NCBI RefSeq assembly: GCF_009914755.1
Contig: NC_060931.1
DNA length: 64,000 nt
Source of the DNA: the human T2T-CHM13v2.0 reference genome, Homo sapiens
Reading direction: 5' to 3' (one strand)
Shown: one piece after another, positions 1-23,844 of the stretch
Numbering within the stretch: the stretch's first letter is position 1
How the letters are laid out: each line of letters starts with the position of its first letter
The notes under the pieces: model-generated
What the model was told of the DNA's origin: nothing
Database searches by the model: none
What the model saw: only the letters and a program-made list of their open reading frames with translations
Made by a program: the position numbers and the translations under genes

Positions 1-6935
<6,935 letters not shown>

Positions 6936-7388
6936 TGTGAAAGGAAAGTAAATCTTGAAAATCTTGGGCCCCCCAAAATCACTAACCTAAAGGGAAAAGT
7001 CAAGCTGGGAACTGCTTAGGGCAAACCTGCTTCCCATTCTATTCAAAGTCATCCCTCTGCTCACTGAGGAAAATGCATATCTGATTGCCTTCTTTGGAAA
7101 GGTTAATCAGAAACTGAAAAGAATGCAACTGTTTTTCTCTCACCTACCTGTGGCCTGGAAGCTCCCTCCCTTCTTGAGTTGTCCCTCCTTTCTGGACGGA
7201 ACCAATGTACATCTTACATATATTGATTGATGTCTCATGTCTCCCTAAAATATATAAAACCAAGCTGTGCACCTTGGGAACATGTTATCAGGACCTTCTG
7301 AGGCTGTGTCACAGATGTACATCCTCAACCTTGGCAAAATAAACTTTCTAAATTAACTGAGACCTGTCTCAGATTTTTGAGGTTCATA
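6936..7388 (+). mobile_element. MER4A-type 3' LTR (ERV1)
   Basis: Starts TGTGAAAGGAAA...CCCCAAAATCACTAA...GGGAAAAGTCAAGCTGGGAACTG after the PPT; internal TATA-like and AATAAA motifs; ends ...GGTTCA. Confidence 0.8.
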
Positions 7389-8089
7389 AACTTCTCTGCA
7401 GAGTAATGTAAGACCTTCTCCTCATTAAGGGTGGGGTGACATTTTGCATATTACACTATATTTCTTTTCAGGAAGAATGTAATTATTTCTGGGGGCATCA
7501 AAGGGTTTGCATCCTACTCTCTAAGTCAAGCATTCACGTTTAGGTGTTGTTGCATTCAGAAGAATGAGAAAAGATCACTCTATAGCATGGCTGTTGAAAT
7601 GGGGGCTAAGGAGAAGGAAGCTCTCTAAGATACCTGGTGGTGGGGTCAGAATTATTAACTCTAAAGATAATTATGGTTAGCAGGAATATTTAGTAGTTTT
7701 TCCTCCTTTCATTATAACTTTTTTCTCTACATCAAGCCTTTAGTTATGTCTTACTAAATGTTATAGTCCAGCAGGGGAGTTTAAAAGAAATAGGATCAGG
7801 CCTATGTCCCCAGGCCTATGAACAACTTGGGGAGTATAGCCACTTGGGAGATCCTGTTACTGTATGGACTGGTGGACTGCAGAAGAGGGAGGCAACTGTT
7901 TGGAGCAGGGTCAGCAGCAGACACAGCTTTCAGAAAGAGGGACATGTTCTGGACCATGTGAGCGTTGCCCAGATTCATAGAAATATAGGCCAGAAGAACC
8001 CTGATAGAGCATAGACTTCTTGATGACAAGAAGAATTGGGTTTGGAGTCCAGAATATCTAAGTTACATTACAAAGAGATACAAAGATGT

Positions 8090-8691
8090 GGATAAATAAA
8101 TATATTTTTTATTCAATATTCAATTTAATCTATATTAGCCTATGTTTCACTTTATAGGCAATGCGTAGTTCTTAAATTCCAAGCTCTAGAATGCTGCTTG
8201 AGACTGTTCTGGCTGTTGTGCATCTGAGAATGAGCTTCTGGGATGGCATTCCTTGACACTGAAAACTTGAGAACACATATTACCATGAGGAAGCCCTCTA
8301 ATCAGGCAGGAATGATGGTGGTCAAGGAAGACTTCCTGGTGAAGGTGACTCTTGAAATCAGTTGTGAATGACAAATCAGAATAGCAGGAGAGAGAATGTT
8401 AGATGGAAATAAGGCAATCTCAACAGAGAGAACAGCATGTATATAGCACAGGTTGAGAAGTAAAGGGAACAAAGAGGGTAATGAATGGAAAAAATAAGCC
8501 AGGGGAGATGGGATCTAAGAAACAGGTGGAGATAAGGCTGTATTCACAGGAGACAAAAATGGCTTAAAGGAAGAGATTCACCTGTAAATGGGAACAAGAG
8601 AATGGAGAGAGTTCAAGTTTATGATTACTTTATTTTTTGAACTCTTCTCTCTCCTGGAGCAATGAGCTGGGAGAAGGGCAAGGGGTACAAG

Positions 8692-8738
<47 letters not shown>

Positions 8739-9249
8739 GGGGAGAGTGTTATGTGGTGGATGGGGAACAATATATTTACCTTCCACATAAGTTTTTATTG
8801 ATACCAAGATGAGGTAAATAGAACTCTGGTGTGGATCTGTGGGTTTGAGTCCAATAAGCTTTCTCTTTTACATTCATCTTATTTAAATCTTTGCTGTCAC
8901 AGTGAAGAAATAATTTAGAAAACTTATAAAAGCAATTGAGTTTAACACAGATTTTATTGCCCTATAGACAGTTATGATGTGACCAGTGGATATCAATGAA
9001 ACTTCTTAATTATTTGAGTCTGAAAATGCATATTTAAAACATTAAAAGATTGACTCCACTTTGTGCCAAGCTCTGCGGGTAGGCATATTTCATATCTTAA
9101 AAAGGCTTGTAATTCATTCAGGGAGGCAAAAGCAAAATCTGTAATTAGAGGTTAGCCATAATGTTATGAAAGTGCCATGAGAATAGAGAGAGAGAATAAA
9201 ATCATAAAGATATAAATAAACGTATTTGAACTACAGGTGATGTATTGTC
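8090..9249 (-). other. SAMD9L: SAMD9L 3'UTR (3' end approximate)
   Basis: Follows the TAA stop at 9250-9252; minus-strand AATAAA at 8953-8958, 8794-8799, 8629-8634 and 8108-8113; the distal site fits the recalled ~7.1 kb mRNA. Confidence 0.7.
8694..8737. repeat. (GT)n/(CA)n microsatellite, ~22 units, within the SAMD9L 3'UTR
   Basis: Perfect GT run seen directly. Confidence 0.97.
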
Positions 9250-14045
<4,796 letters not shown>

Positions 14046-14791
14046 AGTATTTTAGAATTATACTTTATTTTTAAAATCACATAGACAATTATGTATACAT
14101 TATCATACAGAAGATACATATATATATGTATAATATTGCTAAAGGCTGACTCTTAAAACTGCTTGATACTTACTTTAGCTATTTTACCATCCTAATTCAT
14201 ACCCTTGTTTCTTAGGTGACTCTAATTGTAATTATGAAATAAGCTATAGCTGCTAACTGGTGACACACCTTTTAGCCTTATAATAATTCTCCCTTTTAGC
14301 TTAACTTGGTGAAAGTTGGGGTTTTGTGACTTAAAAGCAGAATCTTAAGTAACATAGAAATTGGTTTCCGTAGCATATAGGAATATTGCAAATAAACTTT
14401 AAAATAATGAAACTGGATAGGTAGAAGTGGGTTGAGGAACAGGAATCCACAGCTGGCTATCTTTGTTACATAGTAACAGAGCAGTTGGTTAAATAATCTG
14501 TTTTCTTTTGGAACTCAAGCTGTTAGGCCACAAGGCTAGGGTTTGGGGGAATGTGGTAGCAAAATGTCAGGATAATTGATTTGATTGGCTAATTCTTGTG
14601 TTCTCAGAAGGTACCAAAAGAGACTAGCTATAATTCAAGCTGGGCTCCCTGAAACTAGATAGGGAAAATAGTATGAGTTTTTAATTTTGTTAGAGCCATT
14701 TTCACCTAAATTATTGATATGAGGCTAATGAAGATCCTACAACTATGTACTTTGATGAATGGCAAGAGCTGCCTATTTTGGACTCCTAGAA

Positions 14792-15052
14792 CAGGGGTTC
14801 TTAACCTTGGTTAAACATTAGAATTACTTGGCATTCCACACCTGAGACTGCATTAGTTGGTTGAGGGAGTGAGGGTGGTGTTTTCAGGCATTAGTACTTC
14901 TAAACATTTGCCTTGGTGCATCTACTGTGCAGACAAGACCAACAGCAGTGGTTCTTAAGGTGTGGTCTCCAAACTAGCAGCATCAGCATCACTTAGAAGC
15001 TGGCTAGAAATGTAAATTCTCAGGCCCCCACTTAGACCTACTGAATCAGAAT
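14792..15052. mobile_element. MER5A-type hAT-Charlie fragments (two adjacent)
   Basis: CAGGGGTTCTTAACC and CAGTGGTTCTTAAGGTGTGGTC...AGCAGCATCAGCATCAC...AAATTCTCAGGCCCC...ACCTACTGAATCAGAA. Confidence 0.7.
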
Positions 15053-15191
15053 TTAAAAGATAAATCAATTAATTGGTTTAAGTAAACAGAAAATCAGAAA
15101 GAATATTTTACGGACAGACAAAAAAAACATTAAGGATCAAATGAAACAAAAACACTAAACTATAAAAAGATAAAATACAAGCATTTTAAAC

Positions 15192-15718
15192 TAGGGGTCT
15201 CCAAATCTGGGGACCTGGACCAGTACCAGTCTCTAGCCTGTTAGAAACTGGGCTGCACAGCAAGAGGTGACTGGCTGATGGGTGAGCTGGCAAAGCTTCA
15301 TCTGTATTTACAGCCTCTCACCATATCTTGCATTACTGCCTGAGCTCCACATCCCATCAGATCAGTGGTGGCATTAGTTTCTCATAGGAGTGAAAACCTT
15401 GTTGTGAACTGTGCATATAAGGGATCCAGGCTGCACACTCCTTATGAGAATCTAATGCCTGATGATCAGTCACTCTGTCCCATCACCCCAAATGGGACCA
15501 TCTAGTTGCAGGAAAACAAGCTCAGGGCTCCCACTGAGTCTACATTATGGTGAGTTGTATAATAATTTCATTATATTTTACAATGTAATAATAATAGAAA
15601 TAAAGTGCACACAAAATGTAATGCCCTTGAATAAACTCAAAACCATCCCCCACTACCCTGTGGAAAAATTGTCTCCCATGAAGCTGGTCCCTGGTTCCAA
15701 AAAGATTGGGGACTGCTG
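15192..15718 (+). mobile_element. MER1A (hAT-Charlie), full length
   Basis: 527 bp; terminal inverted repeats (T/C)AGGGGTC..CCAA and TTGGGGACTGCTG; 8-bp TSD TTTTAAAC/TTTTAAAT. Confidence 0.85.
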
Positions 15719-17326
15719 TTTTAAATGATTTGTAATTTTTAGGTTCCTTAGGTTTAAGGAACCTAAGTTTTTTTTTTTTTTTTTTTTTAATTTAATGTAC
15801 ATCCAGTCACAAAGTCTAGCCAAACTGCAAATTTGAACCATCTGTGCTTGGAGCTTCTTGGAAAAGTTCACCAGAAAGTCCCCTTGAAGTTATGTATGGA
15901 GAATAAGCTAAACTGGGGCTTCAGCTTGCAGCCCTGTGATTGGCCACAGAGGAAACTTGCACTACACATTTATGGTGTGAATACCATATTTGCACCAGGA
16001 TGATTTACCCCATCTATAGGCATGCAACCACTGAGCCTAGCAGCTTCCACTTGCCTTGGTAAAACTGTTCCTGGTTGTCTTAGTGCCTTGAATTCTCTTA
16101 CTTACTCTGGCTTCAGTCTGCAGATCACAACTAGTCCTGGGCCAATTAGCAGAACCATGAGCAACTGGCACAATGAACGCTATAAACGTATTTTAGATGA
16201 TCAATTCAGTTCATCTGTAGTGTAGACAGAAGTCACTTGTGGGTCTTAAGGAGTCCCACAAAAATTAGCCCATATATTGTAACTAGCGATAAGTGTTATT
16301 TATCTTAAGTAGTGTCATCTGTTCATTCATTCTACACATATTTAATGAGCACCAATTATGTACCAGGCATCATGCTCAGGAAAAACAGTGATAATCAAAA
16401 CAGATGTGAAGCTCGTTCATGACATTTATTGTCCATTGGAGAAGATAAAAAAAGGAAATAAGTCACACACACACACACACACACTCAGAAAAGTTTGTAC
16501 TGACAAAGTGTGGTAGTGCTTTTTGTCAGACACAAGAAGGAGTCTAGGCCTAGGATATATGAGGAAGAAGAGAGTGGGAACATTGGGCAGGTGAAGTTAA
16601 GGGAACTGCTGGAGTCATGTGGGAGGCAATTGAGGGAGAAAGCCTGGGGGACAGAGTTAGGGAATAAGAAATAGTCTACTTGGTGGACCTGCCAAAGGCC
16701 CCTTTAGTGGGTCTAAGGGGTATGACATAGCGCTGTTCCAGCAGTGGGCAGCTCCTACTCTTGCACCCAGAGCCAGGGCACTGGGCCTGCCATAGAGTAC
16801 TCCAGGGCAGATGGAGCTTGGGAGCCCGGTAGGCTCATCCCTGATATTCCCATCTCCTCTGCCGAGGCCCTAAGTGTCATCTCAGGTAAGACCGACAGAG
16901 GGGCCCTGCCTCACCTTTTTACAAGCATTATATAAAACCAATAGTATAAGCAGTTATTAATAAACATATCCTTAATGAAAACTTTTTTGAAGTCATTACA
17001 TATGAGATAACTACCATAGTATTTTAAATCTTAGTCTTAAGATATTTCATACTTTGAAAATTTGCTGAATACTTACTTTTTATATATTTTATACAGTTTT
17101 TAGACATTTTAATATATTTTGTATTAAATACATTTTGTATTAAAATGTAGGAAGCTGAAGGGAAGAGGACACTTGTGTCCTCAGATACCATTTCTGTCAT
17201 AATTATTGGTGGCTCAATAGACATGTCATTGATCCTTCCAATACAATGGCCTCTCACCCGATCGACTTTTATCTTGACATCAACCCACCTCTATTCCCAC
17301 GGTCATATCCTTGACCTTATCATTAC

Positions 17327-17773
17327 TATTATGGATTGAATTATATCGCGCCAAAGTTCAGGCACTGAAGTCCTAACCTCCAGCACCTTAGAATGTGACT
17401 TTATTTGGAGACAGGATTGTTGTAGATGTAATTAGTTGACATGAAGTTATAGTGGACCCTAATCCAATATGACTGAGGTTTTTGTGAAAAGGGGAAACTT
17501 GGGCACAGAGGCTTGCTTACACACCGGGAGAACAGTATGTGAAGACGAAGGCAGAGGTTAGTGTGATGTTTCTACAAGCCAAGAATCACCAAAGATTGCC
17601 AGCATGCTACTGTGAGAGGCATGGAAGAAATTCTCCCTTGCAGCCCTCAGAAGGAACCCTCCCTGCCAATAGCTTGATCTTGGACTTCTAGTTGCAAGGG
17701 TTCTGAGATAATACATTTCTGTTGTTGAAGTGACTCTGTGCTACTTTGTTATGGCAGCTCTAGCCAATAAATA
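17327..17773 (+). mobile_element. MLT1 (MaLR) solo LTR nested in the L2
   Basis: GAAGTCCTAACC..CAGCACCT.AGAATGTGAC..TATTTGGAGA ... TTTGTTATGGCAGC...AATAC. Confidence 0.8.
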
Positions 17774-18117
17774 CGGTTACTGAGAACTACAAGCCCTCCG
17801 TCCTCTCTGTTTCAAACACTTCCCTGTCCCCACCATCTCCTGCCCCTCAGGCCCACTGCCTTTAGTGCTCAAACACTAGTAAGTATTTCTTTACCACCAA
17901 CACCTTTGATCTATTGATTCTACTACTGTCTCACTTTTCCTCACTCCATTCATGTTTCACTTTTCCTCTTTTACTGACTTAATATTTCTTTGATTATTCA
18001 TTATCATGACTTATTTTTCTCCTCTCTGGTACACTCTTATAGTTAAACTACAATGCTAGTTACATCCACCACTCAGTCCCCACTCAGTCCCCACTCAGTC
18101 CCCAACAGCTTGTCAGA

Positions 18118-18480
18118 GCATGGCTGGAGAATGGCCCTCCATACCCTGACTGGAACATGGCTGGACAATGGCCCTCTGCACCCTGACTGGAGCATGCTGG
18201 ACAATGGCCCTCCATACCCTGACTGGAACATGGTTGGACAATGGGCCTCCACACTGACTGGAGCATGCTGAACAATGGCCCTTCATACTCTGACTGGAGC
18301 ATGCTGGACAATGGCCCTCCACACCCTGACTGGAACATGGCTGGACAATGACCCTCCACACCCTAACTGGAGCATGCTGGACAATGGCCCTCCATACCCT
18401 GACTGGAGAATTGCTGGACAATGGCCCTCCACACCCTGACTGGAACATGGCTGGACAATGGCCCTCCATACCATGACTGG
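18118..18480. repeat. Minisatellite/VNTR, ~10 units of 36-37 bp
   Basis: Contiguous units ACATGGCTGGACAATGGCCCTCCACACCCTGACTGGA (37 bp) and GCATGCTGGACAATGGCCCTCCATACCCTGACTGGA (36 bp). Confidence 0.95.
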
Positions 18481-21296
18481 TCTCACCTTAATGCTGTCAG
18501 CTACCATGCTTTATTTCTCTGCGTTAGTCAACCTCTTCACTTGCAGTAGTCACTCTCTTATTCTCCTAAACAATCATTTCACTGTCTCTCCTCTCTCATC
18601 AAACTTACAACACCTCCTCACCACGGTCACCTTGTTTCCCATTTAAACCGGCAGAATTGAAGGAATCCAAAGAGAGCTTCTCCAAACTCCTGAAACCACA
18701 TCTACCCATCAACCTGCGTCTTCACTTTTCTTCTGTTACTACATCATATGTTAGTTTCTGTTCTCTGCATGTTCTGCCCACATGCCTAGTGAGGTCAACC
18801 TCTCCACTTGCAGTAGCCCTTGCATCCCTCTCACCTATTCAGGAAGTTGCTCCAGAAAGTGTCCCCACTCTATTTGGCTTCTTCAGTCTTTCCTCATCTA
18901 CGAGATCTCCTTCAGCAATCAAGCATGTTTATTTTTTTCATGTTAAGCAAGACTCTTTGGAAACAACTCTTCCCCACATTTGTGCTTTTCTTCACAGTAG
19001 ATCTGTCTACACTTTCTGTTTCCTGTTTCTCTTCTTCCACTCACTTTAGAAGGCACTCCAATCAGGCTTTGGCCTCACTCCTCCACTAAAATTGCACTTG
19101 GTATTGCTACAGACAGTTCTTGACAGAACAGCAGCACTTGAAACAAGTGATTGCTCTCTTTTCCTTGGATCACTCTCCTTGCAGGCTTTTGGGACACTAC
19201 CTTTCCTGATTTTTCCTCCTCCTTTTCTGGCTAGTCCTTCTCAGTTTCCTCTGCTGGTTCTTCCTTAACTCTCCACCTCTAAATGTTGACGTGCCTCTCA
19301 GACCTAGCCTCTTTTCTATCTAGAGTTTTATCTAGAGTTTCTCCCTATGAATCTCATCTATCTTGCATTTAAACGCAATCTGTATGCCTGTGACTTCCAA
19401 ATTAACATGATCGGCCCTGGCTTCTGCCATGATGTCCATATATCTGCCTTCTCTATGTTCACCTAGGTATATGACAGTCCTAAAACGAACATGGCCAAAA
19501 TTGATCTCCTGATATATGCCCCTCCCACTCCAAACTTGCTCCTCCTACAGTCTTATCAGTTAATGGAACTTGTCAATTGTTCAAGGCAAAAACCTTGGCA
19601 GCATTTTTTACTGCTTTTTTTTTCACTCATTGTATTAGCAAATACTTTCAATCACACCTTCACAGTATATCCATAATTCCACCCTTTCCCACTATCCCTA
19701 CTGCTACCACCCTGTTCTAGGCCATCATCTCTTTCCTGGATTATTTTTGTTACCTGGTCTCTTTGACTCTGGCTTTGCCCCACCACCATGCCATTCACTC
19801 TATTTTCAACACAACAGCCAACCTGGTCCTGTTCAAAAGTGTAAGTGTGATCATGTCACTGACTCTTAGTCAGTGTCCTCTGCTCAAAACTTTTATCTGA
19901 CTTCTCATCTCGCATGGAGTAAAAGCCAAAGTCCTTAAATAAGGTCTGACATGATATGTCCACCCCACTGTCTTTTTGACCTCATTACTTCTGCTCACTT
20001 CCCTCCAGCTGCCCAGTTGTCTTACTGTTCCTCAAACATGGCAGCCATGCAGCTACACGAGGCCTTTGCACTACCTGTTCCCTCTGCTTGGAATGCTCTT
20101 CCTCCAGATGCCAACACAGCTCACACCCTCACCTTTTTAGCTCTTTACTCAAATTCAATAAGGCCTTTCTTGCTCATCTTTCTTAAAATTTCAGTCCTTC
20201 CTCCAGCACTTTCCATTGCTCTTCCCTGCTTCAAGTTTTCACTTTAGATTTATGTACTATACATTTCACTTAATTATATTTCTCATTCTGTGTCAGCAAC
20301 TGGAATATAACCTCCATGAGAACAGACATTTTTGCCTGTCATTCATGCATGAATCACCAGGGCCTGACATAAAATAAGCACTCAATAAATATTTGTTGAA
20401 TGAGGAAATTAACATTTTTAGATTAGTGAAACAATTGAATTGTATTTGGGAAATATCTTCATGTTGTCATCGATGAGACCAAAACCAACTCCAGCATCTG
20501 GATTAGCCAGTCATAATTAGTAAGAAAAGAGTTTACTTTTCAGAAAGAAAAGTCAGTAAACATTTTATTCTTCATCTAACAGGCAAATTACAGAGACTTG
20601 ATGTCCTATTGTAAGCTCCAGTTTTCTAACACTTCTCCTCAGGTTTTGGTGTCTCACAGTCCCTGAGTGAGCATTTTTCTCAGATAGGGTTTTCCCTGGA
20701 GGAGATCTCTTTCTACCCTAGGTCCTCAGTAAGCCAGAACCCCAGGGCTTCAGGGTCACCTTCCACTGTTTTAACTGCTGTTGCTGCTTTAGGCAACAAA
20801 CCCTCCTCTGGAGATGCTCTTACTGTCACCATAGAGTGGCTCTGTTTAGGTGTGAGGCAGTATCTTCTCCTAGCCAGTGTCCTCTCTCAGTAATTCAAGC
20901 TACCCATCCTTTCTTTGGGTCACCCCAAATACTATAAGGAAGAACTCTAGATTTTTCCCTTCTGTGGCTACAGCAATTCTTATAGACACCAGCGCTCTAC
21001 AAGAAGCAGCGTTTTAGGAATTTCCTGCTTAGCAACCATTACATGCCCAGAGACACTGTGTTTGCCGGGTGGTTGCGTGGGGGATAGCAGAGGGATTGTC
21101 TTTGTGTCTTTGTGTTACCTGACAGCATGACAGCTTTCCCTCACTTTCTTCTTTATTGATTGACTTCTGTCAGGAACTACCATGGAGATAGAAACACCCT
21201 TCTCAAATAGGGTGACTGGCATCTGTGCTCCTCAAGCCTCGAGTCTTTTTATCTTTACCTTGTCTTAGAGGTTTCCCAATGGTTCAAAGATAAAGA

Positions 21297-21676
21297 CTCC
21301 ACACCCTGACTGGAACATGGCTGGACAATGGCCCTCCACACCCTGACTGGAGTATACTGGACAATGGCCCTTCACACCCTGACTGGAACATGGCTGGACA
21401 GTGGCCCTCCATACCATAACTGGTCCCACCTTAATGCTCTCAGCTACCATGCTCTATTTCTCTGCTTTAATCACTCTTTTATTCTCCTAAATGATCATTT
21501 CATTGTTTCTCCTCTCTCATCAAACCTACAACACCTCCTCACCACGGTCACCTTGCTTCCTGTTTAAACCAGCAGAATTGAAGGAATCCAAAGAGAGCTT
21601 CTCCAAACTCCTGAAACCACATCTACCTACCGACCTGCTTCTTCACTTTTCTTCTGTTACTACATCATGTGTTAGT
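21297..21676 (+). repeat. Displaced direct duplicate of ~18355-18755 (about 3.5 VNTR units plus L2 flank)
   Basis: Near-identical text, e.g. GCAGAATTGAAGGAATCCAAAGAGAGCTTCTCCAAACTCCTGAAACCACATCTACC, in both places. Confidence 0.95.
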
Positions 21677-22300
21677 ATGATAACATATAACATAAAAATA
21701 TTTCTCAGCCAGAATTCCACCATTTCCCATTGGTAGCTGAGAATATATTTAACAACTTGAAGCTATTATGTATTCAATATTACTTTCATGTGAATTTTGC
21801 CCTCTGTCAATTATAAGCATCTTATATGATCTATAATCCATAGGTAGTTGGAACTGTTATTTAATTCAGGTGACAGTGATTTGGGCAAAAGTCTTTAATA
21901 ATGCTTTGACATAACCCTTTGGCTCTTTCTGTGACTTAAACCTTACACCCTAGACTGCAGGCATAGTTTTAAACATGAGGGCTTTCATGTTTAGCAAGAA
22001 GCTACACAGTGTGTATAAAGGTGGAGGAGTTGTGATCAGAAAAATGATGTCACGATTAAATTATGTCTCCTCTCAGTGAGCCTGTTTTCCCACTTATAAT
22101 ATAGGAAAATTGGACCAGAACTAGTGTTGTCTTAGCTATTGCTTGTTTTTGTTCTGCTTCTTCAAATAAATGCACCTGAAACCACTGTATCTAACATGGA
22201 TAAAGGTGTAGCTGCTCTGGTTGGAGCTGGGCAGAAGACCTTCACCTTAACTCTATTCTGTTCTGGGATAATTTTGAAACACAGAGTTCTCTTTATTTGT

Positions 22301-22635
22301 ACACTGGGCCCTCCCTATCAGTGGGTACCACATCTGTGGGTTCAATCAACCACAGATTGAAAATATTTGAAAAAAAAATTGCATCTGTACTGAAAATGTA
22401 AAGACTTGTTTTTATTGTCACTATTCCCTAAACAATAAATACGGTATAACAACTATATAATATTACATTGTATTAGGCATTATAACTAATCTAGAGATGA
22501 CTCAAAGTACACGGGAGGATGTGTATAGGTTATATGCAAATACCTTGCCATTTCACATTAGGGATTTGAGCATGTACAGGTTTTGGTATCTGCGCAGGTC
22601 CTGGAATGGATCCCCTACAGATAATAAATTTTAGG
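22301..22635. mobile_element. Tigger3/MER7-type TcMar DNA transposon
   Basis: GGCCCTCC.TATC.GTGGGT.CC.CATC.GTGG.TTCAA.CAACC...GGGAGGATGTG.ATAGGTTATATGCAAATAC. Confidence 0.75.
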
Positions 22636-22766
22636 ATCTACTGCCTAAGGACTATTATTTTTCTCTCTTTAGGGACTAAGCAGGAAGGATCAAACTGGCC
22701 TGCCCTTGGCAAGCTCTGGTGCTCACCATCATGTCTAGGAGGCTGGGCCTCACTGGGCTCACTCAC

Positions 22767-22868
22767 CTCACTGGGCTCACTCACTCACTTTCCGTGCCTC
22801 CGGGAAAGGATGCTCAGAATCCCAGCTGCAGCCCAGCAGGCCCACCCCTGCTCTGATCCTCTGTGTAG
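22767..22868 (-). other. SAMD9L: Candidate alternative non-coding SAMD9L exon
   Basis: Acceptor CTTTTGCTTTGCGATTTCAG|C at 22868; donors GAG|GTGAGT (22767) and AAA|GTGAGT (22789); motif-only prediction. Confidence 0.4.
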
Positions 22869-23419
22869 CTGAAATCGCAAAGCAAAAGTTAGTTTTATTT
22901 TCTTGAAGTGCAAGTTCAAATTATGTATTTCCTCCCATAGTCTCTATACAAGCTAGATGTGCATAAAAGTCTTACATAAAATGATGGCTAAACCTTGGAG
23001 GATTTTATTCTTTAATTAAATGTAACTTATAGGACAGAGTATGGCATAGCTGCACATGGCTACAATTTTCTACATGGTTTTGTATGCTTGGATTCCTGAT
23101 CTCCTGGTCTATGTTTTACCCAGGTTTTTTAGCCTCACCCCAGAGCTTTCCACCTCTAGAAATATGCTGCACCGTCACCATGCTTGCTGGAAAGTTTCTT
23201 GTTTAAAAATTCTGCAATCAGCACAAGTTACATCTATTGATTCTCATATAAAAATAGTGATATTTCTCATTCCTTTTAAAATGGTTTCATAAGAAATAGC
23301 TTATGCACACTTGCAAGTATGTTCATTTTCAAAGTTCTGTTTTACTTTTTATAATTAGTTTTTAAAGATAGCTTTTAAAGAGAGTTGATTAAACAAGACT
23401 TTAATGATTAGAAACTTAC

Positions 23420-23816
23420 CAGGGCTTTTCTGAAAACTTCTATCTTTATATTAGAAACATAAAATAAGTCTTCATGAGGCTGTTTGATCTGGATCCCTTA
23501 GATTAGTTCCCCTTTCTTGATAATTTGCAAGAGTCACGTTCTGGAAAGCAGCTATGAGGAAGCAGAGCTGTAGGCAGAACAGACTTGGTCCTTGTTCAGT
23601 TTGCCGGAGGATATACTTGTTGAGAACGTATTGCATAAAACAATGATATCACAACCAATTAAAATGCAATAGACTGGACTGCTGCTGAGGAAATGTTTAT
23701 GAAACAGATTTTCCCCCCAACTTTCTACTATGAAAATGTTCGAACATACAGAAAATTTGAAAGAATAGTGAAAAGAATACCCTTCTCCTAGGTAGCATCT
23801 CTTTGTGTACTTACTT
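23420..23816 (-). other. SAMD9L: Predicted non-coding 5'UTR exon of SAMD9L (397 nt)
   Basis: Acceptor TTTTATTTATTTTCTTAG|A at 23816; donor CTG|GTAAGT at 23420. Confidence 0.6.
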
Positions 23817-23844
23817 CTAAGAAAATAAATAAAACTCAAAAAGT

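Larger units (their letters stand above)
17170..20403 (+). mobile_element. L2 (LINE-2) long degenerate fragment with intact 3' end
   Basis: Pyrimidine-rich L2 ORF2 remnants; 3' terminus GCACTCAATAAATATTTGTTGAATGA at ~20378-20403. Confidence 0.75.

Noticed and set aside
18118-18480. CRISPR-like array (36-37-bp repeats)
   Set aside because: Units are contiguous with no unique spacers, there are no cas genes, and the context is a mammalian intron; it is a minisatellite
18053-18507. Repetitive ORFs on both strands over the VNTR
   Set aside because: They arise from stop-poor tandem units; no evidence of coding function
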